Shown here piece after piece: positions 1 to 8,937 of a stretch of DNA of 26,507 bases. Source of the stretch: Nitrospinaceae bacterium (GTDB lineage: Bacteria > Nitrospinota > Nitrospinia > Nitrospinales > VA-1). The notes beneath the pieces were generated by a model. It saw nothing but the letters and a program-made list of their open reading frames with translations. It was not told the DNA's origin and did no database searches. A program made the translations under genes and the position numbers. Position 1 is the stretch's first letter. Every line of letters begins with the position of its first letter. The stretch spans positions 1 through 26,507 of the forward strand of contig JAPYPM010000004.1 in NCBI GenBank assembly GCA_029937635.1, written 5' to 3'.

Positions 1-1253
1 GATGGCAGGCAATCAATAACAGCGATATGATCGTAATACCGGATCCCACAACAGCAATGATGGACCCTTTCATGAATGTTCCTACTCTAAGCTTGATATG
101 TAATATCTCTGATCCAATCACAAAGGAAAAATATTCTAGGGATCCTCGGTATATTGCTCAAAAAGCGGAGTCTTACCTCAAGTCGACAGGACTTGGGGAT
201 ACAGCATACATTGGACCAGAAGCAGAGTTTTTTATTTTCGATGACGTAAGATATCAAAATGATTCGAACCAGGCTTTCTATGCGGTGGATTCAGAAGAAG
301 GAATATGGAATTCTGGAAATTCTGGAAGAGACGAAGAACCAAATTTAGGATATAAACCTCGACACAAAGAAGGTTATTTCCCAACATCTCCAACTGACAG
401 TTTACAGGACATTCGTAGCGAAATGTTGCTTACAATGGAGGAAGTTGGTATTGAGATGGAATGCCACCACCATGAAGTGGCGACAGCTGGGCAATGTGAA
501 ATTGATATGCGTTATGCTCCTTTAGTAAAATGCGCAGATAACTTAATGTGGTACAAGTATATCGTTAAAAATATAGCTAAGCGTCACGGTAAAACCGCAA
601 CATTTATGCCGAAGCCACTATATGGAGACAACGGAACTGGAATGCATGTGCACCAAAGTATCTGGAAGGGTGGAAAACCTCTTTTTGCTGGGGATGGATA
701 CTCAGGATTTAGTGAAATGGGTTTGCATTATATCGGAGGAATTTTGAAGCATGCGAGGGCAATTTCTGCTTTTACCGGACCAACTACCAACTCATACAAA
801 AGATTAGTTCCTGGTTTTGAGGCACCTGTCAATCTCGCCTATTCAAGTCGAAATCGAAGTGCTGCCGTTAGAATCCCAATGTACTCACAGAGCCCAAAAG
901 CAAAAAGAATGGAGGCCCGTTTTCCTGATCCTTCTGCAAACGGTTATCTAGCCTTTGCAGTTATGCTTATGGCCGGGTTAGATGGAATTGAAAATAAAAT
1001 TGACCCTGGTGAACCAATGGATAAAGATTTATATGCAATGGGAAGGGAAGAGTTGGCTAATATTCCTACGCTTCCAGGTTCATTGGATGAAGCATTGTGT
1101 GCACTAGAGGCAGATCATGATTTCATGCTAAAAGGAGATGTGTTTACTCAGGATTTGATAGATACATGGATTGATTACAAACGTGAAAATGAAGTGGACC
1201 AATTACGATTACGTCCACATCCTTATGAGTTCTATATGTATTATGATGTTTAA
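1..1253 (+). CDS. glnA: Glutamine synthetase type I (5'-truncated by the window edge)
   Basis: Frame is open from the window edge ([15 protein letters not shown]), so the ORF-track Met at 27 is internal. GSI motifs [63 protein letters not shown]. Adenylylation-site region PMDKDLY. C-terminal RPHPYEF. Confidence 0.98.
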   Translation, partial: WQAINNSDMIVIPDPTTAMMDPFMNVPTLSLICNISDPITKEKYSRDPRYIAQKAESYLKSTGLGDTAYIGPEAEFFIFDDVRYQNDSNQAFYAVDSEEGIWNSGNSGRDEEPNLGYKPRHKEGYFPTSPTDSLQDIRSEMLLTMEEVGIEMECHHHEVATAGQCEIDMRYAPLVKCADNLMWYKYIVKNIAKRHGKTATFMPKPLYGDNGTGMHVHQSIWKGGKPLFAGDGYSGFSEMGLHYIGGILKHARAISAFTGPTTNSYKRLVPGFEAPVNLAYSSRNRSAAVRIPMYSQSPKAKRMEARFPDPSANGYLAFAVMLMAGLDGIENKIDPGEPMDKDLYAMGREELANIPTLPGSLDEALCALEADHDFMLKGDVFTQDLIDTWIDYKRENEVDQLRLRPHPYEFYMYYDV

Positions 1254-1274
1254 ACTAATTTTGATGTATTATTC

Positions 1275-1306
1275 AAACCCTCGGCTTTAGCCGAGGGTTT
1301 TTTTTT
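1275..1306 (+). terminator. Rho-independent terminator after glnA
   Basis: Perfect 11-bp inverted repeat aaaccctcggc-ttta-gccgagggttt running into a T9 tract (1298-1306), 21 nt after the glnA stop. Confidence 0.93.
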
Positions 1307-1367
1307 GATTAGATTTACGCACTAATTATAAAATTATTAAGTAAAAAATAAATAATATTAGAAAAAG

Positions 1368-4300
1368 ATGACGGATAATTTACGACTATATAACTCAATA
1401 CATAATTGTGACCCTTGGGAGGAAAGCTTTGAAAAATCTCTGCGAAAATACAATTTTATAGAACCAAAAAAGGCTTGGAAAAATATTCTTACATTGTCTA
1501 GCCAATCAAACTTTGAAGGTTTATTTCCTGGATTTTTTAAATCGTTTATAAAAACAATAGGGTCATCATACCACCCAGATTTAGCACTAAACAATTTTGA
1601 AAGATTTACTGAGACAATAGAAGATAAAAACTACCTGTATACGATTCTATATAATTCGCAAGAAACCCTTAAATCGCTAATAGTTTTATTTTCAGGAAGT
1701 CAGATTTTAACTGATACGTTGCTAAGCAATCCATCATTTTTTGAATGGATCAATAATTCAGAAATAATAAACAATTCAAGGTCAAAAGATGAATTCATGA
1801 GGGCATACTATGAATTCTCAGGGGAACAGTATTTGGATATAAACACTCCTGAACTGCTACGAAAATTTAAAAAAAGAGAATACATACGAATCGGACTTAG
1901 GGACTTATTGGATAAAACAGATTTTGAAGAAACGGGAAGAGACCTGTCATGTTTAGCAGATTTAAGTTTGCAAGTTGCATATGAATATGCAGAGAAAAAA
2001 ATAAAAGAAAAATATGGTGTTCCTTATTATAAGGAAAATAAAGAACAATTAAAGGAAATAGAATTTGCAATACTGGGAATGGGGAAACTGGGTGGTTTAG
2101 AATTAAATTACAGTTCGGATATAGATTTAATTTATATATACACTTCAAGTAACGGAGAAACACAAGAAACAGAAAATTATCCAGATACCATAAATATAAG
2201 TAGTCATGAATACTTTACAAAGTTAGCTGAATTGTTAACAAAAACAATAGATGAAATAACATCAGATGGAAACGTATTTCGAGTGGATCTTAATTTGCGG
2301 CCAGAGGGCGCTACTGGGCCAATAGTTAATTCACTTGAAAGTTGTGAAATATATTATCAATCATGGGGTCGTTTATGGGAGAGACAGGCTCTTATGAAAG
2401 CAAGAGTTTCGGCCGGAAGTGAGTCTTTGGGGAAATTATTTTTTTCGATGATGGAACCATTTGTTTATAGAAAAAACATAGATTTTTCTGCAGTGAAAGA
2501 AATAACAAGTATGAAAGAAAAAATAAACCAGAATATACAAAGAAAAAATATAAATAGAAGAAATATAAAACTTGGTAAAGGAGGAATCCGAGAAGTTGAA
2601 TTTACAGTTCAAACTTTTCAATTGATATTTGGAGGTAGAGAAAAAATAGTAAGAGGAGGTAATACAATAAAAGCTTTAAAATCCATTTATAAATTAAATT
2701 TTATTGAAGAAATTGAATATAAAAAACTAAAAAAAGCATATATTTTTTTAAGAAATTTAGAAAACATGGTGCAAATTTCATTTGGACTTCAAACTCATGA
2801 TTTGCCAGAAGATAGAATGTTGCTAGCAGTACTAGCTCTAAAAATGAATATAAATGGAAATTCAATTGAAGAGTTAACTGAAAAATTAAATAATGAATTT
2901 TCAGACCATACTCAATCCGTTAATAATATTTTTTCTGAATTATTTAAAAAAGAACAAGATAGAAAGCTTGGAAATAAAATAAAAAAGATTCCTGAAATAA
3001 GAACATTGAATGAAAAAGTGATAGAAAGTGTATTTTTTGAAAATAATAAAAATGCGCTACGTTTTTTGAAAATTCTGAGAGATGGACCAAAGTTCTCACG
3101 TATAAACGAAAAGAGTGTCGATGATTTTTATAGGATTCTTCCAAAAATTCTGGACGAATGCCGAGAAGTACCGATGGCAAATACAGCATTAGAAAATTTG
3201 GTAAGGTTTATTGAATCAAGTAAAGCAAGAGAATCTTTTTTAGGATTATTTTCTGAAAATAAAAATTTTCTAAAATTACTTCTTAAAATATTTGGAAGCA
3301 GTAATTTGATGTCAGACATATTAATTAAACAACCCGGCTTAATAGATATAATTGAAGATACGGAGTCTATTTATCGTTTTAAAAATAAAATAAATCTAAA
3401 TAAGGAAATAAAAAAAAGTATTAATATAAGTAATAATTTTGAGGAAAAAAAAAATAACTTACGAAGATTTAAACAGGGTGAGGAATTAAGGATAGGTATT
3501 CGCTATATAATTGGTGAAGCAGATATAGAAGGCACATTAAAAGATCTTTCTAGCTTAGCTGAAATATATATAGAAAATGCGTATCAACTAGCATTAATAA
3601 AATTAAGTGCTCAGTATGCTAATGAAAGAATAATTCCAAGTAATTTTGCTATTATTGGAATGGGGAAAATAGGTGGGAACGAGATAAACTTTAAATCCGA
3701 TTTAGATCTAATTTTTGTTTACGAGACTAACAAAGATGATTCATTATTTTCAGACAATGTAGTTCTATTTTATACAAAAATTTATCAGCTATTGCATGAG
3801 TTGACATCCCAAGTAACCTCTTCTGGATATGCGTATAAAATAGATTCTGACCTACGTCCAGAAGGTAAGAGTGGACTAATGGTAAATTCAATTAAGAGTT
3901 ATGAAGAGTACTATAGAGTAAGGGCAAGAACATGGGAACAACAGTCCATGGTAAGGGCAAGATTTATAGCGGGGAATCAACAAACGGGAAAAAATTTTAT
4001 AAATATGGTAAATAGTTTTACCTATCGTCCCAAGTTAGAATACGAGTCGATTATAGAAATTTCAAGATCAAGAGAAAAAATTGAACAAGATTTAGCGGAG
4101 GAGGCCACTAAGGGAAAAAATATAAAATTGGGTTATGGGGGATTAGCAGATATTGAGTTCTCGGTTCAAATTTTACAGATGATGCATGGAGGTAAAAATA
4201 GTCGTTTAAGAGAAACTAACACACTTTGTGCTCTTGCCCAGTTAGATGCTTTGGGCATTATTGATCATGAAGATTCAAAAAATATCAAAAAAAACTATCT

Positions 4301-4529
4301 TTTCTTGAGAAACCTAGAGTGCTCATTAAGGATTCAAAACGTTTCACTAATGAGTCACTTGCCAAAAGAGCAAGAAAAACTTTTAATACTGGCAAGATTT
4401 TTGAAATATTCTGGGGAAAATCCAATTGTTATCGTGAGAAAATTTATGAATGAATATGATCAAAGTACAAAAGAAATTAGATTTTTTTACAGAAAAACTA
4501 TAGATAATTTGCTGCGAAATGCACTTTAA
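1368..4529 (+). CDS. glnE: Bifunctional glutamine synthetase adenylyltransferase/adenylyl-removing enzyme
   Basis: 1053 aa with two homologous nucleotidyltransferase halves: GMGKLGGLELNYSSDIDLIY...RVDLNLRPEG...WERQALMKAR and GMGKIGGNEINFKSDLDLIF...KIDSDLRPEG...WEQQSMVRAR. NIKLGxGGxxxxEF occurs in both halves. Adjacent to glnA. Confidence 0.95.
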   Translation: MTDNLRLYNSIHNCDPWEESFEKSLRKYNFIEPKKAWKNILTLSSQSNFEGLFPGFFKSFIKTIGSSYHPDLALNNFERFTETIEDKNYLYTILYNSQETLKSLIVLFSGSQILTDTLLSNPSFFEWINNSEIINNSRSKDEFMRAYYEFSGEQYLDINTPELLRKFKKREYIRIGLRDLLDKTDFEETGRDLSCLADLSLQVAYEYAEKKIKEKYGVPYYKENKEQLKEIEFAILGMGKLGGLELNYSSDIDLIYIYTSSNGETQETENYPDTINISSHEYFTKLAELLTKTIDEITSDGNVFRVDLNLRPEGATGPIVNSLESCEIYYQSWGRLWERQALMKARVSAGSESLGKLFFSMMEPFVYRKNIDFSAVKEITSMKEKINQNIQRKNINRRNIKLGKGGIREVEFTVQTFQLIFGGREKIVRGGNTIKALKSIYKLNFIEEIEYKKLKKAYIFLRNLENMVQISFGLQTHDLPEDRMLLAVLALKMNINGNSIEELTEKLNNEFSDHTQSVNNIFSELFKKEQDRKLGNKIKKIPEIRTLNEKVIESVFFENNKNALRFLKILRDGPKFSRINEKSVDDFYRILPKILDECREVPMANTALENLVRFIESSKARESFLGLFSENKNFLKLLLKIFGSSNLMSDILIKQPGLIDIIEDTESIYRFKNKINLNKEIKKSINISNNFEEKKNNLRRFKQGEELRIGIRYIIGEADIEGTLKDLSSLAEIYIENAYQLALIKLSAQYANERIIPSNFAIIGMGKIGGNEINFKSDLDLIFVYETNKDDSLFSDNVVLFYTKIYQLLHELTSQVTSSGYAYKIDSDLRPEGKSGLMVNSIKSYEEYYRVRARTWEQQSMVRARFIAGNQQTGKNFINMVNSFTYRPKLEYESIIEISRSREKIEQDLAEEATKGKNIKLGYGGLADIEFSVQILQMMHGGKNSRLRETNTLCALAQLDALGIIDHEDSKNIKKNYLFLRNLECSLRIQNVSLMSHLPKEQEKLLILARFLKYSGENPIVIVRKFMNEYDQSTKEIRFFYRKTIDNLLRNAL

Positions 4530-4540
4530 AATAGAAAAAA

Positions 4541-6124
4541 CTATTTATTTGACGAGGTTTTGGAGAACGAATTAAGCTTATATTCAACGCTATCTATTAA
4601 AGCTTGCCAACTGGCTTCTATAATATTTTCTGATACGCCAACAGTTCCCCATTTCGAATCATGGTCGCCAGATTCAATTAATACTCGGGTTTTAGCCTGT
4701 GTGCCTTTTTTCTGATCTAGGATTCTCACTTTGTAATCAAAAAGTGAAACATCTTTCATTTCAGGATAAAATTTTCCTAATGCTTTTTTAATAGCCTTAT
4801 CCAATGCGTTAACTGGACCTATGCCTTCAGCAGCAGTAACCTCCTGTACTCCATTAACTCGAATTTTTACTGTGGCTTCTGATATAGTTATTTCATCTTC
4901 CCCTCTTTGTTCTACAATTACACGAAAACCAATAAAATCGAAAAAATGTTTCTTTTCACCAAGGGCATCGCGCATTAATAGTTCAAAGGAAGCTTCTGCT
5001 CCTTCGTATTGATATCCGAGTTGTTCGAGTGATTTAAGGTTATCAAGGATATTTTTTATTTTTGGATCTTGATCATCAAGAGATATTCCATATTCTTGAG
5101 CCTTGGAAAGAATATTACTTTTACCGGACAAGTCCGAAATTAAAATTCGTTGAACATTGCCGACGGACCCTGGAGAAATATGTTCGTATGTTGCGCTATT
5201 TTTTTTAATAGCGCTTACATGTATTCCTCCCTTATGAGCAAATGCACTTTTACCAACATACGGTTGATGATTCCAGTGTGCCTGGTTAGCAAGTTCATAA
5301 ACAAATGATGATAAATCTGTCAACGATTGCATTTGTTCATCAGAAATACAGTTCAAACCCAGTTTAAGTTTAAGATTTGGGATTATGGAAATTAGATTGG
5401 CATTTCCGCATCGTTCACCAAACCCATTTATAGTTCCTTGAACTTGCTCTGCACCATGCTGAACTGCCGTAAGGGCATTCGCAACTGCGAGTTCAGAATC
5501 GTTATGTGTGTGAATTCCAATTTTTGTGGCAATAGAACTTTTAACCAATGAAAATATTTTTCCTACCTCGGAAGGCAAGGACCCTCCGTTGGTATCGCAT
5601 AGTATAATCCAATCGGCACCAGCAGACTCAGCTTCCTTAAGTACTTTCATAGCGTATTCAGGGTTAGTCTTAAATCCATCAAAAAAATGCTCGGCATCAA
5701 ATATTACTTCTGAGCAGTTTTCTTTGAGGTAGCTAACGCTATCTTTGACCATGTTTAGATTTTCATTCAAAGTTGTGGAGAGTGCTTCATTAACATGCAT
5801 ATCCCAACTTTTCCCAAAAATGGTAATAACATCCGTATTTGATGCAATCAAATGTTTGATATTAGGATCATTTTTCACCTTGTGGGTAGGATGTCGCGTA
5901 CTTCCAAAGGCAGTAATTTTTGCTTGTTTAAAATTAATATTTTGGATTCGGTTAAAAAATTCCATATCTTTTGGATTAGATCCAGGCCAACCTCCCTCAA
6001 TATATTTGATTCCAAGCTCATCGAGTTTGTGAGAAATACGAATCTTGTCTTCAACGGTAAAGGAAACATCCTCTGATTGCGAACCGTCTCTTAATGTGGT
6101 GTCATAAATACTAATTGTTTTCAT
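4541..6124 (-). CDS. cimA: (R)-citramalate synthase, DRE-TIM metallolyase with C-terminal regulatory domain
   Basis: [88 protein letters not shown] match the bacterial (Geobacter-type) CimA subfamily rather than LeuA. Confidence 0.88.
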   Translation of the reverse strand: MKTISIYDTTLRDGSQSEDVSFTVEDKIRISHKLDELGIKYIEGGWPGSNPKDMEFFNRIQNINFKQAKITAFGSTRHPTHKVKNDPNIKHLIASNTDVITIFGKSWDMHVNEALSTTLNENLNMVKDSVSYLKENCSEVIFDAEHFFDGFKTNPEYAMKVLKEAESAGADWIILCDTNGGSLPSEVGKIFSLVKSSIATKIGIHTHNDSELAVANALTAVQHGAEQVQGTINGFGERCGNANLISIIPNLKLKLGLNCISDEQMQSLTDLSSFVYELANQAHWNHQPYVGKSAFAHKGGIHVSAIKKNSATYEHISPGSVGNVQRILISDLSGKSNILSKAQEYGISLDDQDPKIKNILDNLKSLEQLGYQYEGAEASFELLMRDALGEKKHFFDFIGFRVIVEQRGEDEITISEATVKIRVNGVQEVTAAEGIGPVNALDKAIKKALGKFYPEMKDVSLFDYKVRILDQKKGTQAKTRVLIESGDHDSKWGTVGVSENIIEASWQALIDSVEYKLNSFSKTSSNK

Positions 6125-6171
6125 AAATCTAATATCAATTTTGTCAGGTAGGTTTACCGCTATTATCGTAG

Positions 6172-6663
6172 TTAACTATTTACAAAAGCTTTATCCATAT
6201 CAAATACTTTGTGAAGAACGCGGACTGCGAGTTCACCATATTTTTCTTCAATAATACAAGATACTCTAATTTCAGATGTGCTTATCATTATAATATTTAT
6301 ATTTTCTTTAGATAGAGCACTAAACATTTTTGCGGCAACTCCTGGATGACTTCGCATACCTGCACCTACAATAGAAATTTTGCATATATTTATATCAGTA
6401 GTAATATCACGAGCTTTAATAAGTTTACCTAGGTCTTGAACGATCTTGTTAGCTTTATTTATCTCTTCTTTTGCAACAGTAAACGAAATATCCGTTTGGC
6501 TTTCATCGCTGACATTCTGAATAATCATATCAACAGAAAGATTTTCATCTGCGAGTCCAGTGAAAAATTTACTGGCAATTCCTGGTTGATCAGGAACACC
6601 TTTAATTGTTATTTTAGCTTGATTTTTATCATTCATTATTCCAGATACTACCGGCTGTTCCAT
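6172..6663 (-). CDS. Aspartate kinase beta (regulatory) subunit from an in-frame internal start at Met249 (163 aa, MEQPVVSGI...)
   Basis: Minus strand reads TAAGGAGG-attcgagt-ATG at lysC codon 249, at the kinase/ACT boundary. Internal initiation of a beta subunit is established for alpha2beta2 aspartate kinases (Corynebacterium glutamicum, Bacillus subtilis AKII). Confidence 0.78.
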   Translation of the reverse strand: MEQPVVSGIMNDKNQAKITIKGVPDQPGIASKFFTGLADENLSVDMIIQNVSDESQTDISFTVAKEEINKANKIVQDLGKLIKARDITTDINICKISIVGAGMRSHPGVAAKMFSALSKENINIIMISTSEIRVSCIIEEKYGELAVRVLHKVFDMDKAFVNS

Positions 6664-7407
6664 ACTCGAATCCTCCTTACAGATCAAGGTACCTTTAGAG
6701 TCTTCAACTAAAGATGATTTTACAATAAGTGGCATATCATATTTTTTACAGAATTCCACACAGCGAAACTGCAGTACCTTTGCTCCCAAGCTAGACATTT
6801 CTAGCATTTCGTCATAGGAAACACGCTCCATTTTGTGCGCATTAGGGACAACATTCGGGTCAGCAGTATAAACTCCGTCTACGTCAGTATAAATTTCACA
6901 CCTCTCTGCTTTTAAAGCTACCGCTATAGCGGCAGCAGAAGTATCTGAGCCCCCTCTTCCTAGAGTGGTAACATCACCATGCTCATTTATACCTTGAAAG
7001 CCTGCAACGACTACTACCTGTCCGTCCTCTAAAGACTTTATAGCACGGTTTGTATCGACTTCTTTGATACGTGCATTTGTATGAGAGTTATCGGTGAGTA
7101 ATCCAATTTGTCTACCTGTCATAGAAATAGCTGGGCACCCGATACTATCAAGAGCCATACTTAATAGGGCACATGAAACACGTTCTCCAGATGATAATAA
7201 AAGATCCATATCCCTATCTTTTCCAATGGTACTAATTTGATTAGCCATGGCTAATAGTTTGTCAGTTTCACCGGCCATTGCGGAAACGACGACCACAATA
7301 TCAATTTTTTCTTTTCGCAGATGGGCAATACGTTCTGCAATTTTTTTTATTCGCTCAATATTACCAACGGAAGTACCGCCATATTTTTGTACCACTAATC
7401 GATTCAT
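6172..7407 (-). CDS. lysC: Aspartate kinase (alpha subunit, two C-terminal ACT domains)
   Basis: [64 protein letters not shown] repeats VPDQPGIA and [18 protein letters not shown]. 411 aa. Confidence 0.97.
   Translation of the reverse strand: MNRLVVQKYGGTSVGNIERIKKIAERIAHLRKEKIDIVVVVSAMAGETDKLLAMANQISTIGKDRDMDLLLSSGERVSCALLSMALDSIGCPAISMTGRQIGLLTDNSHTNARIKEVDTNRAIKSLEDGQVVVVAGFQGINEHGDVTTLGRGGSDTSAAAIAVALKAERCEIYTDVDGVYTADPNVVPNAHKMERVSYDEMLEMSSLGAKVLQFRCVEFCKKYDMPLIVKSSLVEDSKGTLICKEDSSMEQPVVSGIMNDKNQAKITIKGVPDQPGIASKFFTGLADENLSVDMIIQNVSDESQTDISFTVAKEEINKANKIVQDLGKLIKARDITTDINICKISIVGAGMRSHPGVAAKMFSALSKENINIIMISTSEIRVSCIIEEKYGELAVRVLHKVFDMDKAFVNS
6672..6679 (-). promoter_or_regulatory. Intragenic Shine-Dalgarno sequence (TAAGGAGG) for the aspartate kinase beta subunit
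   Basis: Plus strand cctcctta at 6672-6679 is TAAGGAGG on the minus strand, 8 nt upstream of the in-frame ATG at 6663. Confidence 0.8.
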
Positions 7408-7411
7408 ATTT

Positions 7412-8608
7412 TTAATTTAGGTCAAAAAACATGCTCATCAAATCGGATCCACACTTAAAGTGATTGTTCCCTACATTAAGAAGATTCTCATCAAAATTAT
7501 TAACTAGGTTAGTATCATTTTTTCCGCTCATCACAAATGGGACCCGGTCTTTGCCATATTTAACATCAACAGCAGAATTCATGTGATTAACAACAACCAT
7601 CATTTTGACTTCTTTATTTGAGGAAGTTTCTTTTAATAGTGGGCCAATTACTTTTGAGTCAATATCTTCAATGGTGATGATTTTGTCATCAATATTTCCT
7701 TTTAATGAAATATCTTCAATTCCTGCTACATTAAGGTAAACGATTTCCTGACTCTCTAGCTCATGAATAGCAGCTTTAACTTTATTTCCGAAATTAGTTT
7801 CAGCAAATCCGATAGCCCCTTCAACCTTAACCACCTTCATTTCGGCAGATTTAGCCATTCCTTGAAAAAGTAATGATGCGGAAATCAGTGAAGAGGATTT
7901 TCCATATTTTTTTGCAAATGAAGGAAGATTTCCATTTTTACCATTTCCCCATAACCAGATGCTATTAGCCGAGTCTAGGCTTTCTAGTTTACGTTTTTTA
8001 TTTACCGGATGATTATGTAATATTATTTGGGCTTGATTAATAATATAAATTAAATCTTTAAATTCAGCATCCACAGGCATAAATTTGCGAATACCTTCAC
8101 CGATTAACTCATTAGGTGGTGTCAAACGTTTTGTAAACGGTTTGCTATTCATAACCATTATATTGTGAGGGCCTACGCCAGGATAAAAAGTAACCCCAAA
8201 ATCTGATATTTGAGATTGAAGTGCGTTTAAGTAATTTATAGACTCTTCGCTGGACAAGTGATCTGCCGTATAATCTTTCATTACCATGTCGTTATGACTT
8301 GCTTGCAGAGTTACAAAGTTACAACATAGAGGAATTTCTCCATCTTTGAGGTTTAGCCCTATTGCCAGTGCGTCAAAATATGCTGGACCAATATCATGTT
8401 TTTCGGGGTCGTAACCTAAAAGGGAAAGGTAGGATATCTCATTCCCTGCTTTACAATTTTCGGGGATGGTTTGTACCGAACCTGAACAGCCCTCATGAAC
8501 CATACGATCCAGATTAGGTGTATCCGCAAGCTGTAAGGGAGTCTTATTTTCTTTTTCTGCAATGGGCCTATCAGTCAGGCCGTTGGCAATTACAACCAAA
8601 TATTTCAT
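7412..8608 (-). CDS. ApgM/cofactor-independent phosphoglycerate mutase (proposed homoserine kinase)-family protein with degenerate active site
   Basis: Family scaffold retained: KTPLQLADTPNLD, LSLLGYDP, HPVNKKR, ANSIWLWG, ETNFGNK, DRVPF. Catalytic motifs altered: ANG for xDG, GNE for GSD, EDISL for DExGH, NH for DH. 398 aa, uninterrupted. Confidence 0.85.
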   Translation of the reverse strand: MKYLVVIANGLTDRPIAEKENKTPLQLADTPNLDRMVHEGCSGSVQTIPENCKAGNEISYLSLLGYDPEKHDIGPAYFDALAIGLNLKDGEIPLCCNFVTLQASHNDMVMKDYTADHLSSEESINYLNALQSQISDFGVTFYPGVGPHNIMVMNSKPFTKRLTPPNELIGEGIRKFMPVDAEFKDLIYIINQAQIILHNHPVNKKRKLESLDSANSIWLWGNGKNGNLPSFAKKYGKSSSLISASLLFQGMAKSAEMKVVKVEGAIGFAETNFGNKVKAAIHELESQEIVYLNVAGIEDISLKGNIDDKIITIEDIDSKVIGPLLKETSSNKEVKMMVVVNHMNSAVDVKYGKDRVPFVMSGKNDTNLVNNFDENLLNVGNNHFKCGSDLMSMFFDLN

Positions 8609-8937
8609 AACTTAAACCAAATTTATATGGGTGGATGGTAGCTTGAGGAGTCTTGAAAATTATATCGTATCTTTCTAAAAAATTCACACATAAAAAATAA
8701 TGAAAAGAAATTATTAAAACAATACTATATGGGAGAGGTGTTGAAAATAGTTTATTGAATAGATAACTTAGAGAAGTCTTTTATGTAGTACCTAAACCTT
8801 GTTAATAAAATCCCATTAACTGGTTCTAATTCATTGGAATATAAGGGTAAATTAAATAGACCAAGATATATGGCTATGATACTTTATAAGGAATTGATAC
8901 TTAATGTCTCTAAATATGAGCGTTAAAAAATTTTCGC

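Noticed and set aside
4529-4546. Inverted repeat aaatag-aaaaaa-ctattt between the convergent glnE and cimA stops
   Set aside because: A 6-bp, almost all A/T stem is too weak to call a terminator.
4541-6124. Annotating the gene as leuA (2-isopropylmalate synthase)
   Set aside because: [21 protein letters not shown] and AFAHKGGIH match the citramalate synthase subfamily rather than LeuA.
7412-8608. Annotating the gene as functional apgM/gpmI or homoserine kinase
   Set aside because: The phosphoacceptor Ser and most metal ligands appear substituted, so no gene symbol was assigned. It is not called a pseudogene either, because the frame is intact.
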